Positions 60,651 to 64,000 of a stretch of 64,000 nucleotides of DNA are shown in pieces. The notes beneath the pieces are model-generated. The model saw only the letters and a list, made by a program, of their open reading frames with translations. It made no database searches and had not been told where the DNA came from. Position 1 is the first letter of the stretch; each line of letters starts with the position of its first letter. Both the position numbers and the translations under genes were made by a program. Source of the DNA: Daphnia carinata (lineage: Eukaryota); assembly GCF_022539665.2 (NCBI RefSeq), contig NC_081331.1, forward strand, positions 10,354,001 through 10,418,000, written 5' to 3'.

Positions 60651-60807
60651 GATTCAAAATAATTAGAAAGAGTTTTTGTGAATAAATTCGATTTTTCAAA
60701 TATATACTTTTGTTGGGCGTCTTCTCCGTGGGTTGGCTAGTTCCGGCCTTTGGCTTTCGCTTACGGGTCTGGATGCCTTCCTTCTTCATGGCTGGCGGTC
60801 GGTTCGT
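58845..60807 (-). CDS. 3' exons of a second GATA factor (GATA456 cluster member, possibly GATAe-like); zinc-finger exons lie beyond the window
   Basis: Exon 60807-60708 encodes [20 protein letters not shown], the basic tail of a GATA C-finger. Frame-consistent downstream exons: 60598-60422, 60280 (or 60277)-60001, 58971-58845 (..LPPLEPVLM..RHID*). Confidence 0.8.
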
Positions 60808-61467
60808 CTGTCAACGCATTTCAACAAATCAATTCAGTCATCAAAAATGTCTCTGTACGGGAAAGCGTTTTTGAAATTTAGTTGTTTCTTTGATCGATAT
60901 TAAAACCTTTTTAAAAATACCCTCCTATCAATTCTTCTTCTCTCGTTTCCTAGACATTCCTTCCCTTCCCGCCCCCAAACTGAAGAAAAAAAAATAATAA
61001 TAAATTGTCTAATGATGACGTTGACCTGCCCATGTCAAAACACAAACCTGGTGGATATGATGGTGTCTGAAAGAAATAACAGACAGAAAAACTTTTGTCT
61101 TTAGTCGGGTTTTTTTTTTTTTTTTGTATGAAGAGAAAAAAAAAAAAAAATAAAAACATGGGGGTCTACCAATCCATAGTCTAGTCGGTGTCGTCTCACG
61201 ACGAGGCTCGTCGGGTCGGCCATTTTGGCGTCGTATACGTAAATATACAGGAAGCGCGAGGACAGCCGAAGCAATGCCGATATACAACAGCGCGCGCTGC
61301 CTTTTTTTTTTTTTTTTTCTGTGTTGTTGTTGTTTTTCTTTCCATCTCTTCTCCCTCGTTTGTTGTTGCGTAGACGCGCATACCCACGGCACCATCACTC
61401 CCGAGTCTATACTAACTGTCTCGGACCGACCATTTTGATACGAGCCCTAATGGCCGCCATTAATCTC

Positions 61468-61471
<4 letters not shown>

Positions 61472-61504
<33 letters not shown>
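61472..61504. repeat. (TC)n microsatellite, with a nearby (CA)n run at ~61608-61644
   Basis: Dinucleotide runs in the intron of the second GATA gene. Confidence 0.9.
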
Positions 61505-61510
<6 letters not shown>

Positions 61511-63061
61511 CTCGCTCCTAAGTGGATGGACCGGCAATGGACCCTGTACGTTGCCTATGCTTTTTTTTTTTTTTTTTTTTCTTCTGCTGCTGTTGTACCC
61601 TACACAAGACACACACAAACACACACACACACACACACACACACGAGAGAAAGAAAAAGAGAGAGAAAGAAAAGGGGGCCCCAGACCGGCGACGCCAGCA
61701 CCGTCCGCCCGACGATACACATGCTGCTAGCTCTGACCCGCTGCGCTATTTTCCCTCCCCTCATTTTTCTTCGAATTCCTTTTACATATGTACATGCACC
61801 AGCGCTTTATAACGAGCCATTTATTCCATTATACACCACCGGGGACACGCATTCTTTTTTTGATTCGGGGCGCAGGAGCTTTTGCCTTTCGGTTGCTTGA
61901 AGCAGCGCCACAGCAAGTGGACATACACTGGCGCCAGTGCAATCCTCTGCTCACGGCAAGTCAACAAGTCCCGCAGTCACACACAACAAAAAAAAAAAAA
62001 AAAAAAACACGAAAAAAAAAAAACGGAGAAAAACCACGAAACCAAATTAAAGGGAAAAACCAGAAGGCGAATCACCTCGTTTTGAAGCATTGGATCCAAT
62101 TATACGCCCGCAAAACATTTTCAGTTTCCCAATTAAAAAGATTTCGCTTTGAATGCGAAAATTCACTTGCGAATCTGATTCCACGTATAGACAGAAATGA
62201 TAAGAAATAAACGTCTATTTAGCAAAAAAATAGTCGCGACTATCAGCTGCAAAACCGACAAACAGGTGTAACGCTGTTTCTTCGTTAAAACCCCCGTGTG
62301 TGTTACAATGACAATCAACACTGGCTAACGGTTTGGCTTACACACAAGCAAATATCTAATCCTTCACTGGCGAATTGATGAAGAGCTTTCAGTAAAAGAC
62401 ACCCTTGTTCTCCGTATGTTATTAATCCTGTAAATGTCTGAACTTATCGACATTGTTACAGATTTACTAAAAATGGCAGAGCTACTTCAACTAAAATTGT
62501 ACGTACGGGTTATTTTCTCTGCCATGTCAATGCACTTGTGTTTGCGATATAAGGGCAGAATATTATCGCACAATGTGTGGCTCCATATCGAGCGATGGTA
62601 TCGAGAGGAGCAATTTTTTTTTTTTGGCCGTGTCATTGAGCACAACATCGGACAAAAGGCGAATTCAAGAAGTAAAACCATTCAGAGTAATGGGACATTT
62701 GGCTCACGAGGAAAATGCCTCATTACGGTAGTAAAACGGTTCCAAGATCACTCGCGTTGCAGTTATTTTTGCAATAGTTTGAGGTCATCGACATTTGATT
62801 TGATTGAAATTTCTGCTCGTTTGCTACACTGAAATAGAAAAGAGCAGCTATCATTCATCCATTTCAGACAGCGAATGCAATCAGGCGACCAAAAGGAGCT
62901 CGTTAACGAGCTCCTTAACGAACCAGACAGTTTCTAATATACACTTGCTATTAAACTATTTTTTTTCCCCTCTATTACGGTCCTTAAAATCGAATAGCGA
63001 ACTCATCACTGAGTTGAATCACTTTGATGACGTCCAAAAAGAAAGTTCCACATTGTAAGTA

Positions 63062-63097
<36 letters not shown>

Positions 63098-64000
63098 GGA
63101 ACAAAAAGAGACACTTTACATGTACTCTTTCAAGACGGAAAGATGTCTATAATGATCTGCTAAATTGGTTCAATTTTTCGATCGGGAAAAAAAAAATACA
63201 AAGAAACTGGTTTTTCTTTTTGATGTACAAGAGACTGAGAGTCTCTTTCCATTTCACGTCTCGCCCACATACTCGCCAAAAATTGAAACAGAAAAAAACT
63301 GTTGAAAATGAGATTCGATTAAAAAAAAAAAAAAAAAGTGTTGAAATATAGCGAGTAACCGGTTGATTCGCCTCATTTATCACGAGGAAAAAACAAACGC
63401 ATCAAACGGCTGAAAAACCAATCAGCTTACGTGAACATGTGGCACTGCCAGTTCTTCATCTCAAATGCATTAATTGACTAAAACACACAAAACACGTAAG
63501 ACATTAAAACACAGACGAACGAAAACAAAAAAGAAAAAGAAAGGAACAAAATGAAATACAAATGTAGCGAGCGCAGTAGTGAGATGCTGCCTTACCGGAC
63601 TGTATACTTTCTGACCCCCTATGCTGATGCTGTCTCTCTTATTATTCGATCCGGTATCCGGACACGGAAAGCCACTTTGCTTGGCCGCCCCCGCCGCCGC
63701 CCTTCCAGGATCGCCCGCGTCCTCATCTTTTCCATGAGCCGGTGACGACGGACGACGACGACCTCCCTATTGCGTTCGCATTTCTTTTTTTTTTTTTTTT
63801 TTTTTTTTCTTCTTTAACACACAAAAAAATTCTGCTGATTTTGTCCTCTCTCTCTCTCTACGCGTCTCTATCGCTCTCCCGCCACGTCACCGGGCGAATT
63901 TATTGATCATTATAGAGGAAATACAATCAGCCAATGCGGCCAATGTATACACAATAGGAAAAGAAAGGAAAGTGGCGGCGGCGGCGGCGCGTCTCGTTCC

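Noticed and set aside
61000..64000. Zinc-finger exons of the second GATA gene
   Set aside because: No CxNC or CNACG coding segment found; the region looks intronic.

Overview
Eukaryotic, intron-rich animal DNA. The compact genes with many 55-75 nt introns, long homopolymers and arthropod-type proteins suggest a crustacean such as Daphnia (inference). In order: most of a large tensin gene (+, 1.3-22.6 kb; PTEN-like, C2, SH2 and PTB domains); a candidate small orphan gene (-, 23.7-24.2 kb); a GH18 chitinase (+); EBAG9/RCAS1 (-); adenosine deaminase (+); UQCC1/CBP3 (-); a 5.6 kb decayed element bounded by terminal inverted repeats (32.1-37.7 kb); a secreted C-type lectin (+); an HSD17B8-like short-chain dehydrogenase (-); a complete pannier-type GATA4/5/6 gene (-); and the 3' exons of a second tandem GATA gene (-) that continues beyond the window. 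The most unusual structure is the 32.1-37.7 kb element. It holds two convergent, apparently paralogous spliced gene remnants, both cut at almost the same position by a 1.7 kb central palindrome. That palindrome has near-identical ~595 bp hairpin-rich arms around a ~506 bp spacer with three tRNA-like modules. Exon boundaries were read by eye from GT/AG sites and reading-frame continuity; no database searches were run.
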